A stretch of DNA of 64,000 nucleotides, from assembly GCA_963749915.1 (NCBI GenBank), contig CAVVOP010000021.1, forward strand, positions 640,001-704,000, written 5' to 3'. Source of the stretch: an uncultured cyanobacterium. Its GTDB lineage: Bacteria > Cyanobacteriota > Cyanobacteriia > Cyanobacteriales > Cyanobacteriaceae. The translations under genes and the position numbers were made by a program. Below the pieces are notes generated by a model. That model had not been told where the DNA came from, searched no databases, and was given only the letters and a program-made list of their open reading frames with translations. Positions 23,822 to 35,189 of the stretch are shown piece by piece; positions within the stretch are counted from its first letter, which is position 1, and each line of letters begins with the position of its first letter.

Positions 23822-25516
23822 TTGGAAAACGTGAATTATTCTTCATCAGATGCACATAAGAGGGATACGGAACCTTTAAGACGTTATTCAGCAGAAGATA
23901 TTGCTAAATATTATAGTTATCGTCCTTGGTTAGCTTTATCTCGCAGTTTTAAAATTATCTTTTATTTTGCGGTTTTTACTACTCAATTAACTTTAGATAA
24001 ATGGTTTAATCAAAGAGAAAATAATAAACAAAAAAGAGCCGAACAATTAAGAAAAATTTTAACAAAATTGGGACCTACATTCATTAAAGTTGGTCAAGCG
24101 CTTTCTACTCGTCCTGACCTAATTCGTAAGGATTTTTTAGAAGAATTAATAAAATTGCAGGATCAATTGCCTCCTTTTGATAGTAAAATTGCCTTTGAGA
24201 TAATTGAGAGGGAATTAGATTTAGAAGTAGAAGAAGCCTATAAAGAAATTTCTGTCAAGCCCGTTGCTGCCGCTAGTTTAGGGCAGGTATATAAAGCAGT
24301 TTTACACACGGGAGAAGAGGTTGCGGTTAAAGTTCAAAGACCCAATTTATTACCTGTTATTTGCTTAGATTTATATTTAATGCGTTTAGCTTCTCGATGG
24401 GTCGCCTTTTTTTTACCCCTTAATTTAGGTCATGATTTGGGGTTAATTGTAGATGAATTCGGGACTAAATTATTTGAAGAAATTGACTATATTAATGAGG
24501 GAAGAAATGCTGAAAAATTTGCCGCCAATTTTCGTGGGGATACTGACGTGAAAGTTCCTTGTATTTACTGGCACTATAGCAGCCACAATGTCTTAACTCT
24601 AGAGTGGATTAATGGTTATAAATTAAATGATTTAGATAGTATTCGCTCGGCAGGTTTAGATCTTAATGAAATCATCAGAATTGGTGTTACATCAGGGCTA
24701 AGACAGTTATTGGAACATGGTTTCTTTCATGCTGATCCTCATCCAGGTAATTTATTTGCTATGGCTGACGGAAGAATGGCCTATATTGATTTTGGTATGA
24801 TGGATCAGCTAACAGAAGACACGAAGGAGACCATCGCCTCCTCTGTAGTACAATTGATAAACGGCGATTATCAGGCTTTAGCGAAGGATTTTGTTAATTT
24901 GGGGTTTTTAACACCAGAAACGGATATAAAACCCATAATTCCTGCCTTAGAAAAGGTTTTAGGTAATGCTATCAGTCAAAGTGTTGGAGATTTTAACTTT
25001 AAAACTATCACCGATGATTTTTCCGAATTGATGTATGAATATCCTTTCAGAGTACCTGCGAAATTTGCTTTAATTATTCGCTCTTTGGTTACTCAAGAGG
25101 GTTTAGCTTTAAGTCTTAATCCTGATTTTCGCATTGTGGAAGTTTCTTTTCCTTATATTTCTCGTCGTTTATTAACAGAAGAATCTCCAGCTATGCGTAA
25201 ACGTCTTATTGAAGTTTTATTTAAAGATGGAAGATTTCAGTGGAAACGATTAGAAAATATGATTGCCATTGCCAGATCTGACCGTCAATTTGATTTGCTA
25301 CCTACTGCTAGTTTAGGATTACAGTTTCTCATTTCCGAGGAGGGAGATTATTTGCGTCGTCAGTTAATCACTGCTTTAATCGAAGACGATAGATTGCACA
25401 CAGAAGAGGTACATCGTTTATGGACGTTAATCCAACCAGAATTAAAACCACAAAAACTTTTTGATGTGGCATTGCAAGCTATTAAACAATTTTCTCAAGA
25501 GTTAGCAACAAAGTAA
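23822..25516 (+). CDS. AarF/ABC1/UbiB family kinase
   Basis: LGPTFIKVGQ, AAASLGQVY, VAVKVQRP, FFHADPHPGN, IDFGM. Confidence 0.93.
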   Translation: MENVNYSSSDAHKRDTEPLRRYSAEDIAKYYSYRPWLALSRSFKIIFYFAVFTTQLTLDKWFNQRENNKQKRAEQLRKILTKLGPTFIKVGQALSTRPDLIRKDFLEELIKLQDQLPPFDSKIAFEIIERELDLEVEEAYKEISVKPVAAASLGQVYKAVLHTGEEVAVKVQRPNLLPVICLDLYLMRLASRWVAFFLPLNLGHDLGLIVDEFGTKLFEEIDYINEGRNAEKFAANFRGDTDVKVPCIYWHYSSHNVLTLEWINGYKLNDLDSIRSAGLDLNEIIRIGVTSGLRQLLEHGFFHADPHPGNLFAMADGRMAYIDFGMMDQLTEDTKETIASSVVQLINGDYQALAKDFVNLGFLTPETDIKPIIPALEKVLGNAISQSVGDFNFKTITDDFSELMYEYPFRVPAKFALIIRSLVTQEGLALSLNPDFRIVEVSFPYISRRLLTEESPAMRKRLIEVLFKDGRFQWKRLENMIAIARSDRQFDLLPTASLGLQFLISEEGDYLRRQLITALIEDDRLHTEEVHRLWTLIQPELKPQKLFDVALQAIKQFSQELATK

Positions 25517-25746
25517 AACAAAGGTGTAATTCGTGCAGGGCATTCGCACACATTTCTTTACATTCAACCCAGGAGGGTGAACCTATTCCCCAAAGACCAA
25601 CTTGACGACACTTAGAAAAAAGACGGAGCCAAAATTCAGGAAAAACAAGCACAACCGCCCTGTTCAATATTTGTCAAAAATAGGTTTCATATGGGATAAT
25701 GAAAGACTGTGTATAAAATTACTGTTATAGTAAATCAGCTAAAAAA

Positions 25747-25941
25747 ATGGCAAGTAAAAAAGGCGTTCGTATAATTATCACTCTTGAATGCACTGAGTGT
25801 CGTACCAATAACGATAAGCGCTCTGCTGGTGTTTCCCGTTATACAACCATGAAAAACAGACGCAATACCACTGGCAGAATGGAACTCAAAAAATTCTGTA
25901 CTCATTGCAACAAACATACTGTTCACAAAGAAATTAAATAG
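25747..25941 (+). CDS. rpmG: 50S ribosomal protein L33
   Basis: ITLECTEC...[10 protein letters not shown]...LKKFC-x-x-C-x-x-HTVHKE. Confidence 0.97.
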   Translation: MASKKGVRIIITLECTECRTNNDKRSAGVSRYTTMKNRRNTTGRMELKKFCTHCNKHTVHKEIK

Positions 25942-25991
25942 TTTGATTTCCTAATTTCCTCAAGGTAAAAATAATAGTTTAAAGATAAATT

Positions 25992-26207
25992 ATGGCTTAT
26001 TTTCGTAAAAGATTATCCCCAATTCCTCCCAGTCAACCCATTGACTATAAAGATGTAGAATTACTACATAAATTTGTGACGGAAAGAGGCAAAATGCTTC
26101 CCCGTCGTATTACTGGCTTAACTGCTCGTCAACAAAGAGATTTAACTAGAGCTGTTAAACAAGCTCGTTTAGTAGCATTATTACCATTCTTAAATGCGGA
26201 AGGTTAA
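25992..26207 (+). CDS. rpsR: 30S ribosomal protein S18
   Basis: IDYKDV...[13 protein letters not shown]...ARLVALLP. Confidence 0.97.
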   Translation: MAYFRKRLSPIPPSQPIDYKDVELLHKFVTERGKMLPRRITGLTARQQRDLTRAVKQARLVALLPFLNAEG

Positions 26208-26383
26208 TTGGTAATGAACAATTAACAATCAACAATAAAAAAAGGCAAGAGACAAAAGGCAATAAAGAATTAACTGTCAACTCTCAAAATTCCTTTTTCC
26301 TTGTCTTTTTTTGACTCAAATCTCCAATTAACTGATTTTGACTATAGTAGGATGTAAATAATAAAGCGTGATTAGTTAATATA

Positions 26384-27565
26384 ATGCTCAGTAAAATCAA
26401 GGACTTAGCGGTAGATTTAGCACCGAGATTAATCGAAATTCGTCGTCATTTTCATGCTCATCCAGAATTAAGTGGACAAGAATATCAAACTGCCGCTTAT
26501 GTGTCTGGAGTTTTATCCTCCTGTGGGCTTCACGTACAAGAGGGTGTTGGTAAAACAGGAGTAATTGGTGAATTAAACGGTAATGGCAAAAGCACCCTTC
26601 ATTTAGCCATTCGCACCGATATGGATGCGTTACCCATCCAAGAAGCCACTCAATTAGAATTTGCCTCTCGTGTGCCAGGAGTTATGCATGCTTGTGGTCA
26701 TGATTTACATACAACTGTCGGTTTGGGCACAGCAATGATTTTGTCTCAAATCAAAGAATCTTTGCCCGGTAATATCAGATTTATTTTTCAACCTGCCGAA
26801 GAAATAGCTCAGGGGGCTCTGTGGATGGTGAAAGATGGCGTAATGAAAGATATTTCCGCTATTTTTGGGATTCATGTTTTCCCCTCTATTCCCGCCCGTT
26901 GTGTGGGGATTCGTTATGGTGCATTAACTTCGGCCATGGATGATCTGGAAATAATGATTCAAGGAGAGGCCGGTCATGGTGCTCGCCCTCATCAAGCCAT
27001 TGATGCTATTTGGATTTGCGCACAGGTAGTTACGGCTTTACAACAGGCTATTAGTCGAATGCAAAACCCTTTAGACCCTTTAGTATTAACCATCGGACAA
27101 ATTAACGGCGGCATCGCCCCGAATATTATCGCCGATCATGTGAAAATGGTGGGTACTGTGCGATCGCTGAATCCTCACGTTCGGGAAAATTTACCCATCT
27201 GGATTCAAGGTATTGTGGAAGGGATTTGTCACACTTATGGTGCGAAATGTCAAATCAATTATCATCATCGTCTGCCTAGTGTGCAAAACGAGATAGGGTT
27301 AACGAAAATTATTGAAAAATCAGCCTTAGAAGCATTAGGGGAAGAACACGTTATTTCTATTCTTGAGCCATCTTTAGGAGCAGAAGATTTTGCTGTATAT
27401 TTAGAACACGCTCCCGGTACGATGTTCCGTTTAGGTATCGGTAAAGAGAATCAGCACAATTACCCTTTACATCATCCCCGTTTTGAGTTAGATGAGTCTT
27501 CTCTGGTGACGGGAGTTGTAACTATGGCTTATAGTGCTTACAAATATTTTGACGATCAAAGTTAA
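26384..27565 (+). CDS. M20 family amidohydrolase
   Basis: HPELSGQE, RTDMDALP, MHACGHD, FQPAEE, GAEDF. Confidence 0.93.
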   Translation: MLSKIKDLAVDLAPRLIEIRRHFHAHPELSGQEYQTAAYVSGVLSSCGLHVQEGVGKTGVIGELNGNGKSTLHLAIRTDMDALPIQEATQLEFASRVPGVMHACGHDLHTTVGLGTAMILSQIKESLPGNIRFIFQPAEEIAQGALWMVKDGVMKDISAIFGIHVFPSIPARCVGIRYGALTSAMDDLEIMIQGEAGHGARPHQAIDAIWICAQVVTALQQAISRMQNPLDPLVLTIGQINGGIAPNIIADHVKMVGTVRSLNPHVRENLPIWIQGIVEGICHTYGAKCQINYHHRLPSVQNEIGLTKIIEKSALEALGEEHVISILEPSLGAEDFAVYLEHAPGTMFRLGIGKENQHNYPLHHPRFELDESSLVTGVVTMAYSAYKYFDDQS

Positions 27566-27652
27566 GCCTCTTTCTTTTTCTTTATTTTGGGATTAAAAAT
27601 GAGTTCATATCTCAATAATTTCACTTAGGTGCTTAACTCTGAACTTATATTC

Positions 27653-28597
27653 TCAATTTCTTTTGTCTTTAGAAGATGATTTTTCGGTATAACGTTGGTT
27701 ACGAGATTCACCGTCATCTAGTTTGAGGAAACTCATTAACATCTTTAAACCTCGAAAACCAATTTGTCGGCTTAAACGGCTAACTCCCGTTACCACTTCC
27801 CCTTCTTTTGGTTTCGAGAGTTTTTCTTCTAATAACTCCTTTAGTTTTGTACTAGTTAACGGACGATTTAAGACCCCTTTTTCCCCTAAAGAAATTGACC
27901 CTGTTTCCTCAGAGACTATTACACAGACGCAGTTCTCGACTCTTTCGGTAATACCCATAGCGGCACGGTGACGAGTTCCTAACTGTCGGGATGCGGTCCG
28001 ATCAGATAAGGGTAAGATCACCCCCGCCGAGACAATTTCTGAACCCCGAATAAATACGGCACCATCATGAAGTAAAGTTTTAGTTTGAAAAATGGTTTGT
28101 AATAATTCTTTGGTGATTTCGGCATTAAGTTTCACTCCCGGATTGAGAAAGATTCTTTCTTCTATGGTATTGAAAGTTTCTATTATTATTAAGGCACCCG
28201 TACGATTTTGGGAGAGTTCTTTGACCGCATCGACAATTTCATCAATAACACTATCACCTTTCGGTAAGTGAGGATTAGATTCAAAGAAATGTCCAAATTG
28301 TCCTTTTCCTATTTGTTCTAAAAAACGGCGAAAATCGGATTGAAAGAGGATGGCCATTGCTAGAGAACATATTAAGATTAATCTTTCCAGAAAAAAGCTG
28401 AATAAGGTTAATTTTAACAGGCGATCGCTAATGAAAAGGATGACAATAAGGATCATCAATCCTCGGATCATCCATTGAGCACGGCGTTCATTGATTAGGA
28501 GAGAGATAAAATAAAAAGAGAAAAAAACCAATCCGAAATCAATTACCCGTCGCAAAATAATATGTAGATTGTCAGGAAAACCCGACCAAAACATCAA
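27653..28597 (-). CDS. cdaA: Diadenylate cyclase
   Basis: Three TM helices plus LHDGAV and GTRHRAA motifs; follows lysA. Confidence 0.93.
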   Translation of the reverse strand: MMFWSGFPDNLHIILRRVIDFGLVFFSFYFISLLINERRAQWMIRGLMILIVILFISDRLLKLTLFSFFLERLILICSLAMAILFQSDFRRFLEQIGKGQFGHFFESNPHLPKGDSVIDEIVDAVKELSQNRTGALIIIETFNTIEERIFLNPGVKLNAEITKELLQTIFQTKTLLHDGAVFIRGSEIVSAGVILPLSDRTASRQLGTRHRAAMGITERVENCVCVIVSEETGSISLGEKGVLNRPLTSTKLKELLEEKLSKPKEGEVVTGVSRLSRQIGFRGLKMLMSFLKLDDGESRNQRYTEKSSSKDKRN

Positions 28598-28694
28598 TTT
28601 TCAACTCACTATTACTAATATTCTTAATCAAATATATAACAAGGCAATGGGGAATGGGGAATGGGCAATAGAGGGAAGCCAATAGTAAAAATTA

Positions 28695-30110
28695 TTATTT
28701 TATTGTAATAGTTAATCGACTGGGTAATAAATCTTGTTTGACAAGATCATCGTAGGTTTCACGACGGATAATCAAGTTCGCCTCTCCGTTATTGACTAAA
28801 ATAGCGGCAGGTCTGGCTAAACGATTATAGTTAGAAGCCATACTATAGTTATAAGCTCCTGTGGCTAATACTATCAGAATATCTCCCGGTTCGGTGTCAG
28901 GAATTTCAATATCTCTTACCAGAATATCACCTGATTCGCAATGTTTCCCTGCTATGGTTACTTTTTCTGTGTTTTCACTGCACATTTTATTGGCAATTAC
29001 TACCTGATAAACAGACTCATAGGTAATGGGGCGAGGATTATCGGACATTCCTCCATCCACTGAAACATAAGTTCTTATATTAGGAATGACTTTACGTCCG
29101 CCGACAGTGTAAGCGGTTACACAAGCAGTTGCAACCATCGATCGCCCAGGTTCTGCAATTAATTTCGGGAGAGTTAGATTCCGTTGTTTACAGGCTTTGG
29201 TGACAGCCTCAGCCACGGTTTTGACCCAATCAGTAATACTTGGGGGATCATCAGATTCGGTGTAACGAATACCTAAACCACCACCAACGTTTAATTCCTC
29301 TACGGGTAAGCCATAATCAAGGGCTTTTTTAAACCAGTCTGCCAATACTCCGGCTAGGTCGTTATGGGGTTGTAGTTCAAAAATTTGTGAGCCGATATGG
29401 GCATGTAGGCCAATGCAGTTCAATAATTGTTTTTCTTTGACGAAGGTAAATACGGGTTCTAGTTGATTAGCGTCAAAACCGAATTTACTGTCAATGCTTC
29501 CGGTACGTATATAATCATGAGTGTGACATTCAATACCTGGAGTTAAACGAATTAATATATTGACAGATTTTTGTTTTTCAGCGGTCAATTGAGCTAAAGT
29601 TTCCAATTCTAACCAATTATCGACAATTATTTTACATTCACTATCGATGGCTAGTTCCAACTCGCTGACAGATTTATTATTGCCGTGAAGGTATATTCTC
29701 TCACTGATTTCTTCCGGGGTAAAACCGCTTATTTCTAGGGCTTTTGTGGTGGTAAAAAGTTCGCCGCCGGACACCACGTCAAAACCGATTCCCTCACTAG
29801 CGAGAATACTGGCGATCGCCATACAACTCCAAGCTTTAGAAGCGTAAATAACTTGGGATTCTCCGGGGTAAAATTCCTTAAAAGCCTCACGATATTGAGT
29901 AGCACAAGTGCGGAGGGTTTGTTCATCAAGGATATATAAAGGTGAGCCAAATCGAGTTACTAATTCAGGGACATCACAACCGCCGATAACAAGATGATTT
30001 TTGTCGTTAATGGTGGCGGTTAAAGGCAATAACTGTTGATTGGGGGAGGAATTAGAGTTTGATGAGGATTGTATAAATTTTTCTGCTGTAGATTTTTCCG
30101 TTAATAACAT
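28695..30110 (-). CDS. lysA: Diaminopimelate decarboxylase
   Basis: YASKA, HGNNKS, HAHIGSQ, AEPGRS, GKHCESGD. Confidence 0.97.
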   Translation of the reverse strand: MLLTEKSTAEKFIQSSSNSNSSPNQQLLPLTATINDKNHLVIGGCDVPELVTRFGSPLYILDEQTLRTCATQYREAFKEFYPGESQVIYASKAWSCMAIASILASEGIGFDVVSGGELFTTTKALEISGFTPEEISERIYLHGNNKSVSELELAIDSECKIIVDNWLELETLAQLTAEKQKSVNILIRLTPGIECHTHDYIRTGSIDSKFGFDANQLEPVFTFVKEKQLLNCIGLHAHIGSQIFELQPHNDLAGVLADWFKKALDYGLPVEELNVGGGLGIRYTESDDPPSITDWVKTVAEAVTKACKQRNLTLPKLIAEPGRSMVATACVTAYTVGGRKVIPNIRTYVSVDGGMSDNPRPITYESVYQVVIANKMCSENTEKVTIAGKHCESGDILVRDIEIPDTEPGDILIVLATGAYNYSMASNYNRLARPAAILVNNGEANLIIRRETYDDLVKQDLLPSRLTITIK

Positions 30111-30213
30111 TACAAATAATGATTAAAATAAAGTATCTGTTTTTATTTTAGCTGAGATGATGCAGGTTTTAAGCACAACTGCAGACTTGTAATAAATTAG
30201 TAGCGTAAAATAA

Positions 30214-31917
30214 CTAAATTTTCCGAAGCAAAACCACATTATCTTGCACATCAATTACCTTATATTCTTTATTTGCAGTAATCCCCTCAATCAAGCCATT
30301 AATCTCCTCTAGCCAACCTTTTTCTTTAGTAAATACCACCCCATAACGTTCCAATTCCCATAAATCAGCGATAATATAATCAACTTTTTGTGCTTCTTGA
30401 TTATCATTGCGAAACTCTATTATCGGTAAACGCAAGAGTGCCCGACGACCAGAAAGATGAGGGATAATGTTATTGGTGGCGCTAACACTGGCAGAATCGG
30501 GAATTTTCTCTAAAAGTCGGTAAATATACTTAGAATGTTCCCATTGTCGGGGTAAGGAAACATAAACCAGGGGTTGAAAGGAATCAGGCAAGATAAAATA
30601 AAAAGCCCGACTTAGTTCTGTAGTACTATAAATAAAGGTTAGAAGCAGGGATACAAAGACACAAAAAATCCAAAATCTCTGGAATTTGAGAGTTAAGATC
30701 CGGGGTTGCAGTTGATGTACATTTTGAGTAAAATTTTGCCAATTTTGACCTGCCCACCATAAAATCACCCCATAACATAATCCCGGCACCACTGTCATTG
30801 CATAACGAATATTTAGGGCAAATACTGATTTACCCTGTCCTACAAATAATTTTAGCAAAGGAAAACCGGAAATAATCCAAGAAGTCGGTGCAAGAGAAGG
30901 AATAAAAGCAAAGGGAAGCCAATGTCCTATCAGATAAGTAATAGTCTTGTCTAAAGGGGTAAAAATTTCTTTAACTAACCGCCAGGGATTGGTCAACATT
31001 CCTTTGAGAATATCTAGGGTGGAAGCCTCTTTGCCTTCTGCATACTGACCAAACTTTTCTAACATAAATCTTTTAGATATATCCTCAGAAAATAAGGGCA
31101 TAACTAGATTAGTTAACAGTATAAGATACAGAAAACTAAGACAACAAAGCCCAATTCCAAGACGAGGATAACGATGACTAAAAATCAAATATACACCAAT
31201 GCCAAATAAAGAAATAGCACTATCTTCTCTTACCGTCAAAGTGATTACAACTAAGAAACCAAATAACCACCAACAACGTTTTTCTAATGCCAACAGTAAG
31301 CTAAAAATAAATAGAGGAATTTGTGAAAAGTCGTGAAAGTTACATAGTACTGGTCCTAAAGTTGCTGTGGCACAATAAAAGCTCAAAGTAATCATACCCG
31401 CCAATTTGCCATTCAAGTACTCTCGGGCTAAATAATATAGTACGATGCCCCCGGCAGTTACTGTCGTGGTCATAATCACAGTCAAAGTTGTGGCGGAAGG
31501 AAATAAATAGTAAATAGGCAACCAAATTAACAGGGCCGGGGTAAAATGTTGTCCTAATCGGTGATAACTAACATCAGGAATTTCTCCACTGTGAACTACA
31601 TTAGTAGATAACTGTGAAGATAAGGAACTCTGAAACCAATTTCCATGGGCATTATTCCAAAAAACTTGATTAAAAATACCCTGATCGTAAGAACTAAAAA
31701 AAGTTAAATGACGATTTAAACTGAGAAGTAAAACTACACCAAAAAAAACACCTGCCAAAAAAGAAATTACGCGAAAATCATCATTTTTTGTGATATTTTT
31801 AATTTTGAGGAAAACACTAGCCATAAATGGGAAAATTTTCTCAAAGGTATTGTCCAATTTACAATTCACTTCGTTATTTGTCAACTTCTGGGTAGAAATT
31901 TTATTAGAAGCTCTCAA
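30214..31917 (-). CDS. DUF2079 membrane protein; true start may be ATG near 31824
   Basis: SYDQGIFNQVFWN...LGQHFTP motif and many TM helices. Confidence 0.8.
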   Translation of the reverse strand: MRASNKISTQKLTNNEVNCKLDNTFEKIFPFMASVFLKIKNITKNDDFRVISFLAGVFFGVVLLLSLNRHLTFFSSYDQGIFNQVFWNNAHGNWFQSSLSSQLSTNVVHSGEIPDVSYHRLGQHFTPALLIWLPIYYLFPSATTLTVIMTTTVTAGGIVLYYLAREYLNGKLAGMITLSFYCATATLGPVLCNFHDFSQIPLFIFSLLLALEKRCWWLFGFLVVITLTVREDSAISLFGIGVYLIFSHRYPRLGIGLCCLSFLYLILLTNLVMPLFSEDISKRFMLEKFGQYAEGKEASTLDILKGMLTNPWRLVKEIFTPLDKTITYLIGHWLPFAFIPSLAPTSWIISGFPLLKLFVGQGKSVFALNIRYAMTVVPGLCYGVILWWAGQNWQNFTQNVHQLQPRILTLKFQRFWIFCVFVSLLLTFIYSTTELSRAFYFILPDSFQPLVYVSLPRQWEHSKYIYRLLEKIPDSASVSATNNIIPHLSGRRALLRLPIIEFRNDNQEAQKVDYIIADLWELERYGVVFTKEKGWLEEINGLIEGITANKEYKVIDVQDNVVLLRKI

Positions 31918-31962
31918 GAAATACTTTTGTAAAGGCTCAGATGTACTGAGTGTTTATTTTAT

Positions 31963-32031
31963 CGCTCTTCTGGAACTTTAGGTAAAAGAGAAACAAAAAC
32001 TATAGGAAAAAAACTTCTCCAACATAGAATT
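31963..32031 (-). mobile_element. Isolated right-end remnant of the IS701-like element
   Basis: Reverse complement of ~34488-34557 (CGCTCTTCTGGAACTTTAGGTAAA...). Confidence 0.75.
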
Positions 32032-32045
32032 ATAGAATTTATGAG

Positions 32046-32350
32046 CTGTGGGGGCGACAAAGTGGTCATAAAGCTGACTGAATCAAGGATATAGCCCTTA
32101 GTCCTCGAAGATAATGACTCTTTTTCTGGGGAAATTAGGAAACCAAACTTGCTCTATAGTCCATTTTTTCAGGCTCAAAAATCTTTGTAACTTTTTAATT
32201 CTACTTGTTAATTTTATCGGATATGGGAAACGACAAGCTATTTAGGACTGCTATAGTATTACAATAGTCTGAATAAGATGATCTTTTTTGAGGGTAACGT
32301 CTTTAATCCCTTGTTATATCTTATATTGAAGAGTATTGTCGCCCCCACAG
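32046..32350. mobile_element. 305-bp MITE
   Basis: Perfect 15-bp TIR CTGTGGGGGCGACAA / TTGTCGCCCCCACAG; no ORF. Confidence 0.75.
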
Positions 32351-32490
32351 GGAGAGTATACAATCATTATACTCTTTTGATTATAGGAAGCGCGATCGCA
32401 CTCACCTAAGATGCGGCTTCACCGAACGCACTTTGTACCCTAAAAGAGGTTTTGTGCTAATCTGTAATTACCGCAGTAAAAGAGGTTAAG

Positions 32491-33144
32491 GTGATGGTAC
32501 AAATACAACAACCTTCTCAGTCAGCGGTTATCTATCCCGATAGTGATGGCAAACCAATGGCAGATAATACGAAACAGTTTCGTTGGATTGTGGTGATTCA
32601 GCAGAATTTGGAGTGGCTGTTTGCAGATAATCCCAAGGTGTTTGTGGCTGGTGATTTACTTTGGTATCCCCTCAAAGGTGATAATAAGATGCGCACAGCA
32701 CCAGATGTCATGGTAGTGTTGGGTCGTCCCAAGGGGGATAGGGGTTCTTACCGACAGTGGGAAGAGGAAAATATTGCTCCCCAAGTTGTGTTTGAAATTC
32801 TCTCACCAGGAAACAGACGAGCTGAAATGAGCCGGAAGCTTTTATTTTATGATCGTTTTGGAGTAGAGGAGTATTATCTCTACGATCCTGATAAAAATGA
32901 GTTGAGTGCTTGGGTTCGCCGAGAAGGATTTCTCGATTTAATCGAATCAGTGGCTGATTGGGTTAGTCCTCAACTACAAATAAAGTTTGATTTATCGGCA
33001 GAGGAATTACAAATTTTTCGCCCAGATGGACAACGGTTTTTGAGCTATGTAGAAATTGCTCAACGAGCAGAGAAAGCAGAAGCAAAGGTAAACCGCTTGG
33101 CAGAAAAGTTACGGGAGATGGGAATTGATCCCGAGCAGGTCTGA
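32491..33144 (+). CDS. Uma2 family (DUF820) endonuclease
   Basis: YPDSDGKPMADN, APDVMV, FEILSPGN, GVEEYYLYDP; HIP1 sites on both sides. Confidence 0.92.
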   Translation: MMVQIQQPSQSAVIYPDSDGKPMADNTKQFRWIVVIQQNLEWLFADNPKVFVAGDLLWYPLKGDNKMRTAPDVMVVLGRPKGDRGSYRQWEEENIAPQVVFEILSPGNRRAEMSRKLLFYDRFGVEEYYLYDPDKNELSAWVRREGFLDLIESVADWVSPQLQIKFDLSAEELQIFRPDGQRFLSYVEIAQRAEKAEAKVNRLAEKLREMGIDPEQV

Positions 33145-33229
33145 GGAAGATTACTTGAGTTTGTTTGAGGTAGATCGTACTTCAAGCAGTGTAGAGTGCG
33201 ATCGCACTAATTGGGTTCACCAATAAGGA

Positions 33230-34557
33230 ATGAAGAGTTGGTGGAAGGATCAATACTGCGAAATCTATCGAGATTTATTTCCAGAAGTGAGAACATTTGA
33301 GTATTTTAAGTATCTGTATTTGGGACTAATATCAGATATAAAAAGAAAAAGTTTACCAGCAATCGCCAAGGTATTAGGGTTAGAAAATGCTGAGGGAGTT
33401 AAATCACTTTTTAACCGAATCACCTTGGTCAGTGGAAGAGCTAAAAAATAGAAGATTAGAGTTAATTTTACAAGTAATAAATGGAGAAGACATTATCGTA
33501 ATGAACTAGATGAAACAGGAGATAGAAAGAAAGGAAATAAAACCGATTATGTCACAAGGCAATATATTGGAAATTTAGGCAAAGTAGAAAATGGAATAGT
33601 AACGGTAACAGCTTATGGATTAGTTCGAGGAATTACATTTCCTTTACTCGAGGAAATTTATAAACCAAAAGAGAGATTAAAAAAAGGAGATCAATACAAA
33701 AGTAAGCCAAAAATAGGAGGAGAAATGATCAAAAAATTGAAAGAAAAAGGCTTTAAAATTAAGTTAGTGTTAGGGGATAGTGAATATGGAGAAAGTGAAG
33801 ACAATTTTGTCAGTATCTTAAATCAAGAAGAACTAAACTTCGTAAAGCGCAATAAGAAGTAACCATGGGATGTGGTTGCCTTCTGGACAAAGAGTGAGAG
33901 CAAATAAATGGAAAGAATTTGAGAGAATATTTTCCACACAAAAGAAAGAAAAAAGATATGTAAGGGAAATAATTTACGGCAAGAAAAGAGAAACTAGATA
34001 TTGGCAAGTAACAGATGATCAAGAAACATTACCCCCAAATTCAACCTGGTATATAATGACAAAAATACCGGGGATAAAATATCAAGAAGTAGGAAATTTG
34101 TACGGGTTAAGAAATTGGGTAGAATATGGATTAAAACAAAGCAAAAATGAATTAGGATGGGCTGATTTTAGGGTAACAGAATTTAGGAGAATTGAAAAAT
34201 GGTGGGAAATGGTAATGACTGTATACTTAATGGTAAGTTTACAGTCAGAACAATTAAATCAATCAAAAAAAGAAACTGTAGAAAAAGAAAAAAAATTACA
34301 AGAAGAAATGAAAAAACATCCGTGGTGGAATGAGGGAAAAGGCTGGAAAAATATCCTCAATAAATTAAGGCTATTTCTGCAACCATTGTCTTGTTTTAAC
34401 TTGCTAAAGCCTTGGTTATTAATGTTTTTTAAACCTAAGATAGTTGGCTCGTTTTGGCGATTATTTTCCCAAATAAATCAATTCATAAATTCTATGTTGG
34501 AGAAGTTTTTTTCCTATAGTTTTTGTTTCTCCTTTACCTAAAGTTCCAGAAGAGCGT
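33230..34557 (+). pseudogene. IS701-family transposase, multiple frameshifts and a stop
   Basis: RKSLPAIA, (L)DETGDRKKG, QYIGNLGK, DSEYG, YGLRNWVEYGLKQSKNELGW spread over several frames. Confidence 0.85.
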
Positions 34558-35189
34558 TAATTAAATCCTCATTCCTTTGGACATCGTTCAACTTAATGGC
34601 CCACTTGCGTCCCCCCACCCAAATCAAATGCACGGACTGAAAACATTGCAGAACCCAGCGTAGGGTTGGGCGCTCTGTCTGCTTACCCTTTTGATTAGGA
34701 ATCGTTTCTGAGGCGATCGCCAAAGAGGAACTTGTCGCTGTCCGATGCTGTAGACCAGCAAACATAGCCCCATAATCATGGCCAAGGCAGCCACTCGTTG
34801 CGGTAACTTGACAAAGACCCGAGAAGCAAAAAAGAGGGGGTCTTTGAGGAAGCGAAAACCTCCCTCACAGGACTGCTGATTTTTGTACTCTTGCAGCACT
34901 GTACCATTGGACCACAGCTTATCATCAAGTAAGAGCGTAAGTGCTACATACTTCGGCTATGGCGTAGTTGTTGTTCAAGGAACTGACAGTGAACATCTCC
35001 TGGGGGATAGTCTGCATTAACTGTTGCGCCTCGGCAATGGTGGCAGGGACGCGACTAATCCAAGGGGTCTGTCCTAAGGCTATCAGGTTTTCTTCATTGT
35101 AAAGAGCGGCATCAGCCACATAGACTTCCGGCTTGGCGGCTCTCCACTGTTGCTGAAATTGGGCGATTACTTCGGTGAGTACGGCTTGA
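34558..35189 (-). pseudogene. Fragments of a second, GC-richer IS1634-type transposase
   Basis: ADAALY, WISRVP, EGGFRFLKDPLFF, RPTLRWV in separate frames. Confidence 0.8.
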
